A stretch of 64,000 nt of DNA, taken from a virus. Taxonomy: Duplodnaviria > Heunggongvirae > Uroviricota > Caudoviricetes. Shown here piece after piece: positions 1 through 9,174 of this stretch. Position 1 is the first letter of the stretch, and each line of letters starts with the position of its first letter. The notes under the pieces were generated by a model. It was given only the letters and a program-made list of their open reading frames with translations, ran no database searches and had not been told where the DNA came from. A program made the position numbers and the translations under genes. Location: the IMG/VR virus record IMGVR_UViG_3300032053_000007. One strand, 5' to 3'.

Positions 1-87
1 CAAGAATAAGAACTACCTTCACTCTCCCTCTTTTTCCGCAAGATTTAAATACTTCCTTTACTCTATGTTATCCCTTAGTGAGAAAAT

Positions 88-408
88 ATGCCTAACCCGA
101 AAATTCATGAAGATATTGATTGGAAAATTTTTGGAGAATCTTATCCCGAAGTTCATAAGTGGATAGATGGAACATATAATGGAACTAACGGACGTACTCA
201 TTGGATAGATACACACTATACAATTGCAATTTATGATAAATACAACCCAGAGGATTACCCAGATATAAAACAACGTGAAAGATTTATTGAAGTAGCAAAG
301 ATGCACGTTATGTTCGATTGGGCACTCTATTATAAGAGAATACTTCTACCAATTTCTCGTGACGATGTAATTAGAGAATTAAGGTCCGAGGGTATATTGA
401 TTGAGTGA
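88..408 (+). CDS. hypothetical protein (106 aa)
   Basis: Track ORF with ATG start; stop overlaps TTG start of next ORF. Confidence 0.45.
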   Translation: MPNPKIHEDIDWKIFGESYPEVHKWIDGTYNGTNGRTHWIDTHYTIAIYDKYNPEDYPDIKQRERFIEVAKMHVMFDWALYYKRILLPISRDDVIRELRSEGILIE

Positions 409-802
409 ACGAAAGGTATATACAAAGCATGACCTATTAGGTTTCAAATTTACATGTGTTCATGAATGTAGTGAATGGAAACATGATATATGTAAACATT
501 GTCGTTCTCGACATTTATGCAATGACCATGTTCGCCCAGTTTATCTTTCCGAAACTGGGGTTTGTTTTGCAACAGAAACAGTAGAAATTGCTCCCAGATA
601 TTCTCAGGATTTAGGAACATATATTCATGAATTCACAGAAGTTGAGATTATCAAAATCCTAATAAAGTATCGCAAAGATTGGAATGCAGACTTTAACATT
701 AAAGGATATAGAGGAACTTTCATAGCTCACTTCATTTCTTTGTATGGAGTAAATGGCACTTGCCTAGAACCTGTAACAAAGAGAAATAGACCAAGATGGT
801 AA
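401..802 (+). CDS. Cys/His-rich hypothetical protein (133 aa)
   Basis: Track ORF with TTG start overlapping the upstream stop; multiple C/H pairs. Confidence 0.45.
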   Translation: MSERKVYTKHDLLGFKFTCVHECSEWKHDICKHCRSRHLCNDHVRPVYLSETGVCFATETVEIAPRYSQDLGTYIHEFTEVEIIKILIKYRKDWNADFNIKGYRGTFIAHFISLYGVNGTCLEPVTKRNRPRW

Positions 803-803
803 T

Positions 804-962
804 ATGAGTTTCGAATATGATGGACTTTGGATTCATGCAACCGATAGATATAGTATAGAATGGAAAATGAAGGGCGAAAATCTTATTCCACCAGTTGAGG
901 GATTTCATCATCAATTTATTATTCTGAGACATCTTGGAAAAGAACAGAGACTCGAAAGTTGA
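804..962 (+). CDS. small hypothetical protein (52 aa)
   Basis: Hand-translated ATG ORF; stop lies inside the TGAGCATGG terminator/promoter module. Confidence 0.3.
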   Translation: MSFEYDGLWIHATDRYSIEWKMKGENLIPPVEGFHHQFIILRHLGKEQRLES

Positions 963-995
963 GCATGGTCTTTCTAGGGCAAGGTTTATATAGGA
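958..995 (+). promoter_or_regulatory. conserved promoter module (TTGAGCATGGTCTTTCTAGGGCAAGG-TTTATATA-GGACG)
   Basis: BRE/TATA-like TTTATATA at 985-992, upstream GAGCATGG plus T-tract; about 30 nt to the ATG. Confidence 0.6.
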
Positions 996-1028
996 CGAAT
1001 GCGTGTATATATTCAAGGTAAGAAAAAA

Positions 1029-1298
1029 ATGATAAAACAAATCCGAAGTTGTATGCGGATTCCTTTAGAAAACATAAGCGAAGACGAGAAACGAAAAATC
1101 AAGGAAATGGATGGGCGAATCGTTGTAGTTAATGTTGAAGAACCGTGTCTTACTTGTGGACGACATAAACGTATGAAGTACACACAACATATTGACGGAA
1201 AGCTATTCGTTATTGAGGAATGTCTCTACTGCACAATCAACAACGGGAATGGCAAATTACATGGGATTCTCACATACGCCAATAGACAAACGAAGTAG
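1029..1298 (+). CDS. small Zn-ribbon protein
   Basis: In-frame ATG about 37 nt after the TATA (track ORF 999-1298); CxxC...CxxC. Confidence 0.45.
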   Translation: MIKQIRSCMRIPLENISEDEKRKIKEMDGRIVVVNVEEPCLTCGRHKRMKYTQHIDGKLFVIEECLYCTINNGNGKLHGILTYANRQTK

Positions 1299-1306
1299 AT
1301 GGTTTT

Positions 1307-1537
1307 ATGCCAGATTATATGTCAATGGTTTACATCGGAGAAAAAACTTATCTTGTTGACCGAGAAGCATACTATTTGCTTTGTAAGTTACAAGAGAAGA
1401 AGATGCCGAGAACCCCATATGAGACTATCTATCTAAAAGTTCTTAGCTGGCTAGTGGATAATAAAAAAGCCATTGAATTATCGCAGAAACCAATACAATT
1501 GGTAATACCGCATTTCAATCAATGGAGCGAAGAATAA
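1307..1537 (+). CDS. hypothetical protein (76 aa)
   Basis: Track ORF. Confidence 0.4.
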   Translation: MPDYMSMVYIGEKTYLVDREAYYLLCKLQEKKMPRTPYETIYLKVLSWLVDNKKAIELSQKPIQLVIPHFNQWSEE

Positions 1538-1546
1538 AGGTGGTGA

Positions 1547-1933
1547 ATGAGTTTGAACCCTAGATGTCCAGAACCAAAATGTATTAGATTACTGCGAACC
1601 AGAAAACTCATAACTAACTTGGGATTATCCGAATGCCCTAACTGTAAAAGAAGTCAATCTAAGCCATTCATCTTGACCGAGAAAAAGAAAGGTATGCGTA
1701 AATGCTTGAAATGCCGCAAAGATTTCATGCCTAAATGCCGAGAAGGACTCACCAAATATTTCATATGCCAAGACCATCCGTGGCAGAAATTCAAAGTTGG
1801 TGCAGAAGTCATCTCATACAAGACTAAACCAAAGACGGCAGAAGAATTAGTTAGAGATGCTGGCGCAAAGAAACCATTCCAAGCGAAGAAGAAACAGAGG
1901 CAATCTAATGTCCAAATGCGACCACGAGCATAA
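1547..1933 (+). CDS. Lys-rich Zn-ribbon protein (128 aa)
   Basis: Track ORF; CPEPKC...CPNC...CLKC pairs, K/R-rich tail. Confidence 0.5.
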   Translation: MSLNPRCPEPKCIRLLRTRKLITNLGLSECPNCKRSQSKPFILTEKKKGMRKCLKCRKDFMPKCREGLTKYFICQDHPWQKFKVGAEVISYKTKPKTAEELVRDAGAKKPFQAKKKQRQSNVQMRPRA

Positions 1934-2165
1934 GGTCTGCGAAAGTCGTTTGCGTACAGTCCTTAAAGGTGTAACCGCAAAGATGTTGGAAGTAGTATTT
2001 GACTTCATAGTTCTCGACCTTATCTTCCAACGTCCAGCGGAATCTTTAGGCGTAGCAATTGGGATAGAAGGACTTTGTTATGCTATTACCTATTTCAATG
2101 AACGTGGATGGAATAGAATACAATGGGGAAGAAAAATAATCAATGTTGCCACTAATAGAAATTGA
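1908..2165 (+). CDS. hypothetical protein (about 85 aa)
   Basis: Internal ATG of track ORF 1857-2165; overlaps neighbours. Confidence 0.3.
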   Translation: MSKCDHEHKVCESRLRTVLKGVTAKMLEVVFDFIVLDLIFQRPAESLGVAIGIEGLCYAITYFNERGWNRIQWGRKIINVATNRN

Positions 2166-3078
2166 GGGCTTCAAAGTTTCTTTCACTCTTCTTTGGGTTA
2201 GAGATGATACCCCATTTTTAGGGAAAGTAGCTAAAGATGTAGTTCTTCTTGTGCCTATTTACAATACTACAAGACGTTGCTGGAAAGTTTTCGAACGAGC
2301 ACTTTATCGCTTAGACCCACAGCCTGAAAAAGTCATCTTCTGCGAAAACAATAGCGTAGATAATACTCTTGAACTGATTGAAAAGTTTCAGTTGCCACAC
2401 GAAGTTATTCGTATTTGGTTCAAAGAAGATGCCGCTAAGGGACAACCTTATGAGCCAATAGCTAATGTTCGTCAACTGCTTTTAACACGGGCAAGAACAT
2501 TTGGTGCAAACATAGCGATATTTCTCGATGATGACTGTATCCCACAGGATAAAGATTTTATTCAAAGGTTTTTGGATAATATTTATTACGACAATAATCT
2601 CGATATTTGTGGCGGGTCATATACTAGGGATTTTCCACAAGAAACTATGGTAGCAACCGTATGGTCTATTGATGCTCCTATTAAGGACATGCCGAAAGGG
2701 ACTGTTCCGATTATAAAACGAGGAATTGCAAAAGAGATAAGAAAAGCCAGACAACTTAATCTTAATGTTCTCGGCTTTAAATATCAAGATTATGACGAGG
2801 GAAAGATATACAAAGCGACTTGCACAAGTGCTGGTGCTTTGGCGTTAAGCAGAAAAATTCTTAATGATAAAAGATTGAATTTTGTTCCTATACGCCATGA
2901 TTTGGCTAAACAAGAAGAGGGGGCAAGCGAAGACTTTGGATTTTGTCTTTTAGCTGGTAGTTTGGGATATTCAGTTCATCTTGATTTCAGAATAAAGTTC
3001 GCTCATTTGGGTGCTATGTCTAATGAAACGGCAAAAAACCGTCCGTGGGCTACCTATGTGAAAGATTTCAAATATTGA
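2143..3078 (+). CDS. family-2 glycosyltransferase (GT-A fold)
   Basis: N-terminal LVPIYNTTRR and DxD motif AIFLDDDCIP; 311 aa. Confidence 0.6.
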   Translation: MLPLIEIEGFKVSFTLLWVRDDTPFLGKVAKDVVLLVPIYNTTRRCWKVFERALYRLDPQPEKVIFCENNSVDNTLELIEKFQLPHEVIRIWFKEDAAKGQPYEPIANVRQLLLTRARTFGANIAIFLDDDCIPQDKDFIQRFLDNIYYDNNLDICGGSYTRDFPQETMVATVWSIDAPIKDMPKGTVPIIKRGIAKEIRKARQLNLNVLGFKYQDYDEGKIYKATCTSAGALALSRKILNDKRLNFVPIRHDLAKQEEGASEDFGFCLLAGSLGYSVHLDFRIKFAHLGAMSNETAKNRPWATYVKDFKY

Positions 3079-3115
3079 GCATGGTGTTTTTTACGCAAGA
3101 TTTATATAGGACGAC
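3076..3115 (+). promoter_or_regulatory. conserved promoter module
   Basis: TTGAGCATGGTGTTTTTTACGCAAGA-TTTATATA-GGACG. Confidence 0.55.
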
Positions 3116-3141
3116 TGATATAATAGGATAGTGACCTAAAA

Positions 3142-3309
3142 ATGGGTAAAATAACTATAAGGGATTACGAGAGCTTGAGAAGATGGGCACAAAGAAAAAT
3201 AGGCGAATCCTATAATCTTTGGATAATGGAACAAGCTCTTAGGGAAATAAATGAAGCATTCAAAGCCTATATCGTTATGGGAGCCAAATCAGTAGAGGTT
3301 AATGAATAA
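3142..3309 (+). CDS. small hypothetical protein (55 aa)
   Basis: Hand-translated; TAATG overlap with next gene. Confidence 0.3.
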   Translation: MGKITIRDYESLRRWAQRKIGESYNLWIMEQALREINEAFKAYIVMGAKSVEVNE

Positions 3310-3698
3310 TGCCAGAAATACCGAAAGTACCAACAATCAAGCCAGTTCTTCCTATCAATCAAGAGAAATGTCCGAAGTGCGGCTCAATAGAAGTCAAACT
3401 TACATATGTTTCAGAAACTTATACAAAGATGGAATGTCGTAAATGTGGTTATCGGGTTGGTGACGATTGGAGACAACCAGCACCACTTAAGGAAGGATGG
3501 GTTTGGTTTCTTAATAGCAAAAAGGCACATTATGTCAAGGAACATCGTGCGCTTTGCGGACGTTGGCTATATCTAGGAAACACTTATGAGTTAGGAAATG
3601 ACGACAGCGTAGATAATTGTGCGGAATGCAAACGAAAATTGCTCAAAACGAATTGGAGAGAAGCAAAGAAATTAGCAAAGGAAGGATTGATACAATAA
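3309..3698 (+). CDS. Zn-ribbon protein (129 aa)
   Basis: CPKCGS...CRKCGY...CAEC. Confidence 0.5.
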   Translation: MPEIPKVPTIKPVLPINQEKCPKCGSIEVKLTYVSETYTKMECRKCGYRVGDDWRQPAPLKEGWVWFLNSKKAHYVKEHRALCGRWLYLGNTYELGNDDSVDNCAECKRKLLKTNWREAKKLAKEGLIQ

Positions 3699-4012
3699 TG
3701 CCAGTAACCATTCATTGTCCACATTGTAACGCAGAACTTCAACTCAAAGAAGAGAATAAAGGTCCAGAAGGTTTACTTGAATGTCCTAAATGTAAATGCA
3801 CATTCAGAGTTTGCTTGGCTACTTTTAATAGAGAATGTTTTGCTAAAATTTATCCAAAAACTGAGTGGAAAGCAGACAAAGACATTCAGATGGAAATTGG
3901 GGAAACTCTTGAGAAACGAAAGCGTGGGCGACCAAAGAAGGATAAAGTAGAATGGCAAGGTGGTCCTATGCAAGAAGTACCAAAAGAGAAGGAAGAAAAA
4001 AATGCCTCTTGA
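3698..4012 (+). CDS. Zn-ribbon protein with KR-rich tail
   Basis: ATG in TAATG overlap; CPHCNAE...CPKCKC; RKRGRPKK tail (track ORF 3617-4012). Confidence 0.5.
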   Translation: MPVTIHCPHCNAELQLKEENKGPEGLLECPKCKCTFRVCLATFNRECFAKIYPKTEWKADKDIQMEIGETLEKRKRGRPKKDKVEWQGGPMQEVPKEKEEKNAS

Positions 4013-4358
4013 ATTGAATTTTCCTAATGCACCACAGATAAAGACAATACGAATAAAAGACAAGTATATATTCAAAGAACCTGATATAGATGAAGACCCC
4101 TATATTATCTGGGTCTGGAACAAAAGACTTCAATCTGGAAATACATTCTATGCAAAGCCTATTAACTTGGTGACGATGAATCTTTATATGGCTAAGAAGA
4201 TGCATGACTGTCCAGAGGATATGGTCGGAATAAGTCAATTCATGAGTGCTGTCTTGGTTGAGGAACTTTCTCATTGTGCAACTCGTTCAATGAAGAATCA
4301 TGAGAATTGGATTAGTTTCTTAGTCAAACTACAGGAGCAACTTCATTATGGCGTATAA
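4002..4358 (+). CDS. hypothetical protein (about 118 aa)
   Basis: Internal ATG of track ORF 3960-4358. Confidence 0.4.
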   Translation: MPLELNFPNAPQIKTIRIKDKYIFKEPDIDEDPYIIWVWNKRLQSGNTFYAKPINLVTMNLYMAKKMHDCPEDMVGISQFMSAVLVEELSHCATRSMKNHENWISFLVKLQEQLHYGV

Positions 4359-4524
4359 GAGAAAAACTGTTGAAGAAATTCATATGATGATTGATTCTTT
4401 CAAGAAGTTGAGAGAAAAAGCTAAAGTTGACCACGAGTGGGCGATGTTCCATATTTTGAAAAGTTACATAGATTTGTTAGAATGGACTTTAGGAGAAAAA
4501 GAACTCAATGTGCCAAGTAAATGA
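4348..4524 (+). CDS. small hypothetical protein (58 aa)
   Basis: Hand-translated ATG ORF. Confidence 0.3.
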   Translation: MAYKRKTVEEIHMMIDSFKKLREKAKVDHEWAMFHILKSYIDLLEWTLGEKELNVPSK

Positions 4525-4525
4525 A

Positions 4526-4786
4526 ATGAAACTTCACGTTCGGTGCAAGACTCTCGAAGACCCAGCCATTGTTTATATAACTTGGAAAAAGAAGGGTCAA
4601 ATAGGTGTATGTGCCAAATGCTGGGAGCGTATTGCAGATAAGGATTGGGAAACTGGTGATAGTCCCAAATCAACTATGGAAGAAATACTTTCCGATAAAG
4701 CTAGGTTCGGAGAAAATCCAGTAGAAACCGAATACAAACTTAGAGGTAAGAAACTTGAAGAGCAAAAAGACGAAGAAGATTTCTAA
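4526..4786 (+). CDS. Zn-ribbon protein
   Basis: Track ORF 4508-4786 (GTG); ATG at 4526; CKT...CAKC. Confidence 0.4.
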   Translation: MKLHVRCKTLEDPAIVYITWKKKGQIGVCAKCWERIADKDWETGDSPKSTMEEILSDKARFGENPVETEYKLRGKKLEEQKDEEDF

Positions 4787-5030
4787 GTCCTATCGCACAT
4801 TTCTTTTTAAAGAACGCATGATAAACATAATTTCTATAATGCAAAGGTCTAATCCAACAATATGCTACTTTTGTGGTTTGCCTTTTGATGCATCCGATTT
4901 TCCGATTGATGGAAGGGACAAAGTTGATATTCACCATGTTTCTTATTCTCCTGAATATCTAGTATTGGCTCACACAAAATGTCACAAAAAGTTTCACGCC
5001 AAGCAGAAAAAAATCAGAACTAAAGTTTGA
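4755..5030 (+). CDS. HNH-like endonuclease domain protein
   Basis: CYFCG...DIHHV...LVLAHTKCHKKFH. Confidence 0.4.
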   Translation: MKSKKTKKISKSYRTFLFKERMINIISIMQRSNPTICYFCGLPFDASDFPIDGRDKVDIHHVSYSPEYLVLAHTKCHKKFHAKQKKIRTKV

Positions 5031-5096
5031 TAACTATATTATAAAGCATGTTGAAAGCATGGGAAAACGGCGGAGAAGGTTATCAAAACCAATATT

Positions 5097-5112
5097 TTAA
5101 TCAGTTGATTAA
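5097..5112. promoter_or_regulatory. palindromic operator-like site TTAATCAGTTGATTAA
   Basis: Perfect 7-2-7 inverted repeat about 20 nt upstream of the promoter module. Confidence 0.55.
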
Positions 5113-5133
5113 CTGGCATCATAACCTTTAAAT

Positions 5134-5170
5134 TGAGCATGGTTATTCTAGCGTAAGGTTTATAAGGGAC
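5134..5170 (+). promoter_or_regulatory. conserved promoter module
   Basis: TTGAGCATGGTTATTCTAGCGTAAGG-TTTATAAG-GGACG. Confidence 0.55.
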
Positions 5171-5204
5171 GGAGAGATTATAGTAGTTGGAGTATTGATG
5201 TATA

Positions 5205-5897
5205 ATGGCTCTTAATATAGATATGAGATTTTGGATTAACACGTTAATTTTCAATAATCTAGCTGAAATTTGTCCATTGCTAAGTCTTACTGGCGAAGAC
5301 CGAAAGGTTTATGAAATCTGCATTGAAGACTTTAAGAATTATACTGAATATCTTGACAGAAACCATATGAGTGTTGATAAACAAATATCTCAAGAGTTTC
5401 TACCTTCGCAACAAGTAATCATGGAAGAGATTATATCATTAATTGTAGAAAATTTTGGCGTAACCAAAAATTTGCAAGATATAAAAGACACAGAGGAATT
5501 TGTTCATTTTTGGGTTCAGTCGTGGTGGAAGAAATGGCAATATAGGACGAAAATTATTTTCAAAGACCAACCACATATGATTAATGTTAATTCACACTTT
5601 ACGGTGAATGATTTTACAGGAGAAGAACTTAACGAATTAACTCATGTCGTGACTGACAGACTTATACAATGTGGTGAGATATGCTGTGTCAACATTATGG
5701 CTGATGCCCTTATTAAGAAAGATATTCAAGCCGCTCAAAAATCAGAATGGACCGTTCAAGATAAACTTAATCTGATTCCAAGATTGCAAAGAGAAGTTAA
5801 GGAAATGAGTTATACCCACGGTCCACTCGTGTTCATTAAGGCAAACAAAAGTTACGGACTGAGGGAATGGCGGGATGGCTCAAACAAAATTATATAG
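5205..5897 (+). CDS. hypothetical protein (230 aa)
   Basis: Track ORF downstream of the promoter. Confidence 0.5.
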   Translation: MALNIDMRFWINTLIFNNLAEICPLLSLTGEDRKVYEICIEDFKNYTEYLDRNHMSVDKQISQEFLPSQQVIMEEIISLIVENFGVTKNLQDIKDTEEFVHFWVQSWWKKWQYRTKIIFKDQPHMINVNSHFTVNDFTGEELNELTHVVTDRLIQCGEICCVNIMADALIKKDIQAAQKSEWTVQDKLNLIPRLQREVKEMSYTHGPLVFIKANKSYGLREWRDGSNKII

Positions 5898-5973
5898 GCA
5901 AATCCATAATCACAAATTTCGACTTGGAAATAACAAATGCAGAGCGGCTTTAGGATGGTACACTCGTTTTATT

Positions 5974-6021
5974 ATGATGGCAATTAAATTTGTAGAAGAA
6001 GAAAAGGTTACGTTCACATGA
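5974..6021 (+). CDS. 15-aa leader mini-ORF ending in the junction motif (MMAIKFVEEEKVTFT)
   Basis: GAAAAGGTTACGTTCACATGA; stop overlaps ATG of the next gene. Confidence 0.3.
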   Translation: MMAIKFVEEEKVTFT

Positions 6022-6167
6022 AACCAAAAAATACATGGGGATGTATAATACCACCACCGACCACTCAATGTGGTAGTAATCATAGAGCATGTATGAGATG
6101 GTTTGTACGACTTGCTCACGAATATTACAACTATTTTCATAAAATAGAGAAGGTCCAATTCGATTGA
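6018..6167 (+). CDS. small Cys-rich protein, junction-motif family (49 aa, ...KVQFD)
   Basis: ATGA/TTGA coupling on both sides. Confidence 0.4.
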   Translation: MKPKNTWGCIIPPPTTQCGSNHRACMRWFVRLAHEYYNYFHKIEKVQFD

Positions 6168-6343
6168 AATGCCTTAATTGCGGTATCGAATTCGAATGTG
6201 ATGCCAAGTTTAAAGACTGTAGAACCAAAGAATGTTTCTGTAGAAAATGTTGGAAGAAAACTCGTTCGTATATTGAGAATCCCCATGCATTTGATGACTG
6301 TTATAAAGTTCGTGTAGAGTCTGAAAAGGTGAAGTTCGATTGA
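6164..6343 (+). CDS. Zn-ribbon protein, CxxCxxxFxC...CFCxxC family (59 aa, ...KVKFD)
   Basis: TTG start in TTGA overlap; paralog of the 35184 family. Confidence 0.4.
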   Translation: MKCLNCGIEFECDAKFKDCRTKECFCRKCWKKTRSYIENPHAFDDCYKVRVESEKVKFD

Positions 6344-6519
6344 TAAAAGAACTTAGAATACGTCCTTCGATGGTTCAAAGAATTTATTGGACAGACCGAA
6401 AGCCTTACTTCTTTATCGAGTTGTTTCTATTTTTAGATATTCCAGAGTTTCCAAAATACCCAGATGACATTATGGTTCTCGTCAATGAATGGTTGACCCT
6501 CTCATTGATTAGAAGTTGA
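6340..6519 (+). CDS. small hypothetical protein (59 aa)
   Basis: TTG in TTGA overlap; stop inside the TGAGCATGG module. Confidence 0.35.
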   Translation: MIKELRIRPSMVQRIYWTDRKPYFFIELFLFLDIPEFPKYPDDIMVLVNEWLTLSLIRS

Positions 6520-6555
6520 GCATGGAGTTTCTGACGCAAAGTTTAAATAGGACGA
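6516..6555 (+). promoter_or_regulatory. conserved promoter module (TATA variant TTTAAATA)
   Basis: TTGAGCATGGAGTTTCTGACGCAAAG-TTTAAATA-GGACG. Confidence 0.5.
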
Positions 6556-6584
6556 GTGCGTAATACCTTTATAGTGATTGAAAT

Positions 6585-7298
6585 ATGAAACAAAAACAGA
6601 AATGTTCATCATGTGGACAAGATTATTTCGTAACAATGTTGAAGGTTTACGTCTTCAAGAAACATACTTGCCCTGACGACAAAACAGAATTGGCGAAGTC
6701 TATTGATGGGAATATTTTTGGTTGCCCTAAATGTAAGAAGGTATTTCGTAAAACTGTTCCAACCGAATGGAATAGTATGGGCACAAAAATTGAGGGTTCA
6801 ACTCGAAGTCTCGAAGAAAAAGGAAAAAGACTAATAAAGGAACCGAACACAGAGGTTGACAATGTTATGATTCCAGAGAAATCAATGTGCCAGAAATGTC
6901 GTAATTGGCAAATTAGAAGCGAACAAGCTACCAAGAATCGTGAACGAAAAATTGCAATGGGTGTGCCTGATGACATAAAGGTGGTTCCAGATTCGATAAG
7001 TAACGCTGATATTTACAAATATGAAATTTTCAGAAAAACCCAGACAGACTATCAGGAAACTAGAAAAGCGGAAGCATATGAACTACAGAAGAAAGAACGT
7101 GCCGCAATGGAAGCTGAACGCCAAGCAAAACTAGCCGAACAATTTAAGAAACCAGAAACTATGATACCCACAAAAGAAGAAATGATACCATTGATTGACC
7201 CCGAAACTGCAAAAATCATAGAAGAAGTAAAGAAGAAAGACGCTCACATAGCCGAACTGAAAAAGAAACTTGAGAAAGCACAAAAGGCTGAGAAGTAA
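6585..7298 (+). CDS. Zn-ribbon/coiled-coil protein with Lys/Glu-rich C-terminus (237 aa)
   Basis: CSSCGQ...CPKCKK...CQKCRN. Confidence 0.5.
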   Translation: MKQKQKCSSCGQDYFVTMLKVYVFKKHTCPDDKTELAKSIDGNIFGCPKCKKVFRKTVPTEWNSMGTKIEGSTRSLEEKGKRLIKEPNTEVDNVMIPEKSMCQKCRNWQIRSEQATKNRERKIAMGVPDDIKVVPDSISNADIYKYEIFRKTQTDYQETRKAEAYELQKKERAAMEAERQAKLAEQFKKPETMIPTKEEMIPLIDPETAKIIEEVKKKDAHIAELKKKLEKAQKAEK

Positions 7299-8416
7299 TG
7301 ACAGGCGCAGATAATCCAGACGAAATCTGGAAACCTTCCAAAGTATTCAAAAGGTTGGAGAAATTAGGAAAGAAGATGAGAAAACCACGAAAGATTCCAG
7401 AAGGATTCGAATGGGACCCTAAAGCTAAAGAATTGATTGATACTAGATGTAATAATGCAAAACTGAGAAAGTTGGTTAAGGAATCTGTTAAGGTTGATTT
7501 CGATAAACCAGCCATATGTATATCTCCATTCTTTACTGGAACAAAGAAACGCCAAAAAGAACTTCCGTGGGAACACTACCCTCATATTCCTATTTTGACA
7601 ACTAATGCCAGACTTAGAAGGTCATTGCTCGGACTTAGACTTCAATGGACAATAAAAGAAGATGGTGAAAATGTTACCATATGGAAGAGAAAGAAACCAC
7701 ATACGCGGAAACAGTTCGAGTTTGTCATATCAAGTCATAATCAAGAGATAGCCGCTAAGGATATTCAAGCCAGAGTAAGAAAAGATTGTGTAGAGGATTA
7801 TGAGAAAATCGTAGCACTAATCGAAGCTAATCCAACATTCAGAGTAATTGTAGAAGAATGTGCCAAAGGTGCAAGCGTCACAGGGATAAGAAGGTATGAA
7901 AAGCCTATCCTGTTCGTTGTTGACATCTACGATACCGCACTCAAGAATTTCCTTCCTTATACACAGGTATATCAATATTGTTATCACTCTAAAATTCCAG
8001 TTGTCCAGCTTTACGCATCAACAAGACACAGAACAATAAAGGATTTGATAAAGTTTTCTAATCACGTTCTGGAATACTGTAACACCGAAAAGGATTACGG
8101 CAAAGATGAAGGTATGGTACTGAAAACATTCGATAAAGAAGGAGAGTATATTCAAGCAAAAGTGAAACTAGATATTCCAAAGCCAATAGTCGAACGGATA
8201 CGAGAGGGACCGCCAAAGTTACCACAAATTCCAGAGAGCGAAATCATGGGTGCAATAAGCCATGTCGAAGCGGACTTTGGATTAGATGGTACACCAAAAC
8301 ATGATATGCCACTTATTGCTAAAGCCGTTTCAGAAGAATGCCGAAAACATCTCTACTCAAGTCGTGGAAACTTGTTCACATTCTATGAAGATTACATGGA
8401 GCGAAGAAAGAAATGA
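7298..8416 (+). CDS. ATP-dependent ligase-like nucleotidyltransferase (RNA/DNA ligase or capping-enzyme superfamily)
   Basis: Motif I KxDG (TIKEDGENV), motif IV-like EGMVLK, motif V-like AKVKLD; 372 aa. Confidence 0.5.
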   Translation: MTGADNPDEIWKPSKVFKRLEKLGKKMRKPRKIPEGFEWDPKAKELIDTRCNNAKLRKLVKESVKVDFDKPAICISPFFTGTKKRQKELPWEHYPHIPILTTNARLRRSLLGLRLQWTIKEDGENVTIWKRKKPHTRKQFEFVISSHNQEIAAKDIQARVRKDCVEDYEKIVALIEANPTFRVIVEECAKGASVTGIRRYEKPILFVVDIYDTALKNFLPYTQVYQYCYHSKIPVVQLYASTRHRTIKDLIKFSNHVLEYCNTEKDYGKDEGMVLKTFDKEGEYIQAKVKLDIPKPIVERIREGPPKLPQIPESEIMGAISHVEADFGLDGTPKHDMPLIAKAVSEECRKHLYSSRGNLFTFYEDYMERRKK

Positions 8417-8529
8417 GAAGGTATCCCGTTAACTTTAGACCGTATAATTGTTGTGCAACCTGTGGAAATGAAGAATGCACCCATAGATGGTGGGGAAGTT
8501 GCAGAGAATGGACGGAGAAGAAAAAATGA
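8413..8529 (+). CDS. small Cys-rich protein (38 aa)
   Basis: ATGA overlaps at both ends; CCATCGNEEC. Confidence 0.3.
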   Translation: MRRYPVNFRPYNCCATCGNEECTHRWWGSCREWTEKKK

Positions 8530-8810
8530 AAGCTACATTTGAAGGAATATTAAATCTTTCTAATGAGGAATGGGAACAGAAAAAGAAAGAGATAGAATCC
8601 TTTCGAAATTGTACTATTTGTAATGCACGGCTTGTTATGAATCTTTGTCATCTTTACGAAGACAAATACTATTGTGAAGAACATTGCCCAGAACATAAAT
8701 GGCAAAGTGATTATGATTGGGTTACAGAATGTGCCAAATGTGGATTACATTACGAACATTATCTCCAAAAACTTCTCGAAGATAATAAAATTTCTTATTT
8801 AAAAAGATGA
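8526..8810 (+). CDS. Zn-binding protein
   Basis: ATG in ATGA overlap (track ORF 8487-8810); CTIC...CEEHC...CAKC. Confidence 0.45.
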   Translation: MKATFEGILNLSNEEWEQKKKEIESFRNCTICNARLVMNLCHLYEDKYYCEEHCPEHKWQSDYDWVTECAKCGLHYEHYLQKLLEDNKISYLKR

Positions 8811-8839
8811 TGATAGTGATATATGGAGAGTAGAAAGAA

Positions 8840-8956
8840 ATGACCGATGAAGAATTACGAATAATTTCAGAAAGTCTTAAAGAATATTTGGAAGCAAGGC
8901 GAGAATATAACAGAGTCTATAGGTATCTTAAAGTTGTAAAGGTAATGAGAAAATGA
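8840..8956 (+). CDS. small basic protein (38 aa)
   Basis: Hand-translated; ATGA overlap with 8953. Confidence 0.3.
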   Translation: MTDEELRIISESLKEYLEARREYNRVYRYLKVVKVMRK

Positions 8957-9174
8957 TATGTCCACATTGCAGAAAAGGAGAATTAGTAAATCCCAGACAT
9001 AACGTTCAACTAGATGCCGACCTTTATACTTGTAATGTTTGTCATCGTGGTTGGCATCAGGATAAAAAGAAGAGATGGCACAGTCACTTTGCGGCAGACG
9101 TTGAAGTATATAGTGAAAATGGGCATACTCTAATAGACTGTTCAACTTGGCACATAAATGAGGGAAGAAAATGA
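8953..9174 (+). CDS. Zn-ribbon protein (73 aa)
   Basis: CPHC...CNVC. Confidence 0.45.
   Translation: MICPHCRKGELVNPRHNVQLDADLYTCNVCHRGWHQDKKKRWHSHFAADVEVYSENGHTLIDCSTWHINEGRK

Noticed and set aside
958-995. Bacterial sigma70-type promoters (-35 TTGACA / -10 TATAAT) for the conserved upstream module
   Set aside because: The conserved box is an 8-nt TTTATATA preceded by a purine-rich BRE-like stretch about 25-30 nt before short SD-containing leaders, which is archaeal geometry. No conserved -35 element at 17 plus or minus 1 bp was found.
4002-4358. HExxH metallopeptidase call for 4002-4358 (LVEELSHC)
   Set aside because: The sequence is EELSH rather than HExxH, so it is not counted with the HExxH family.
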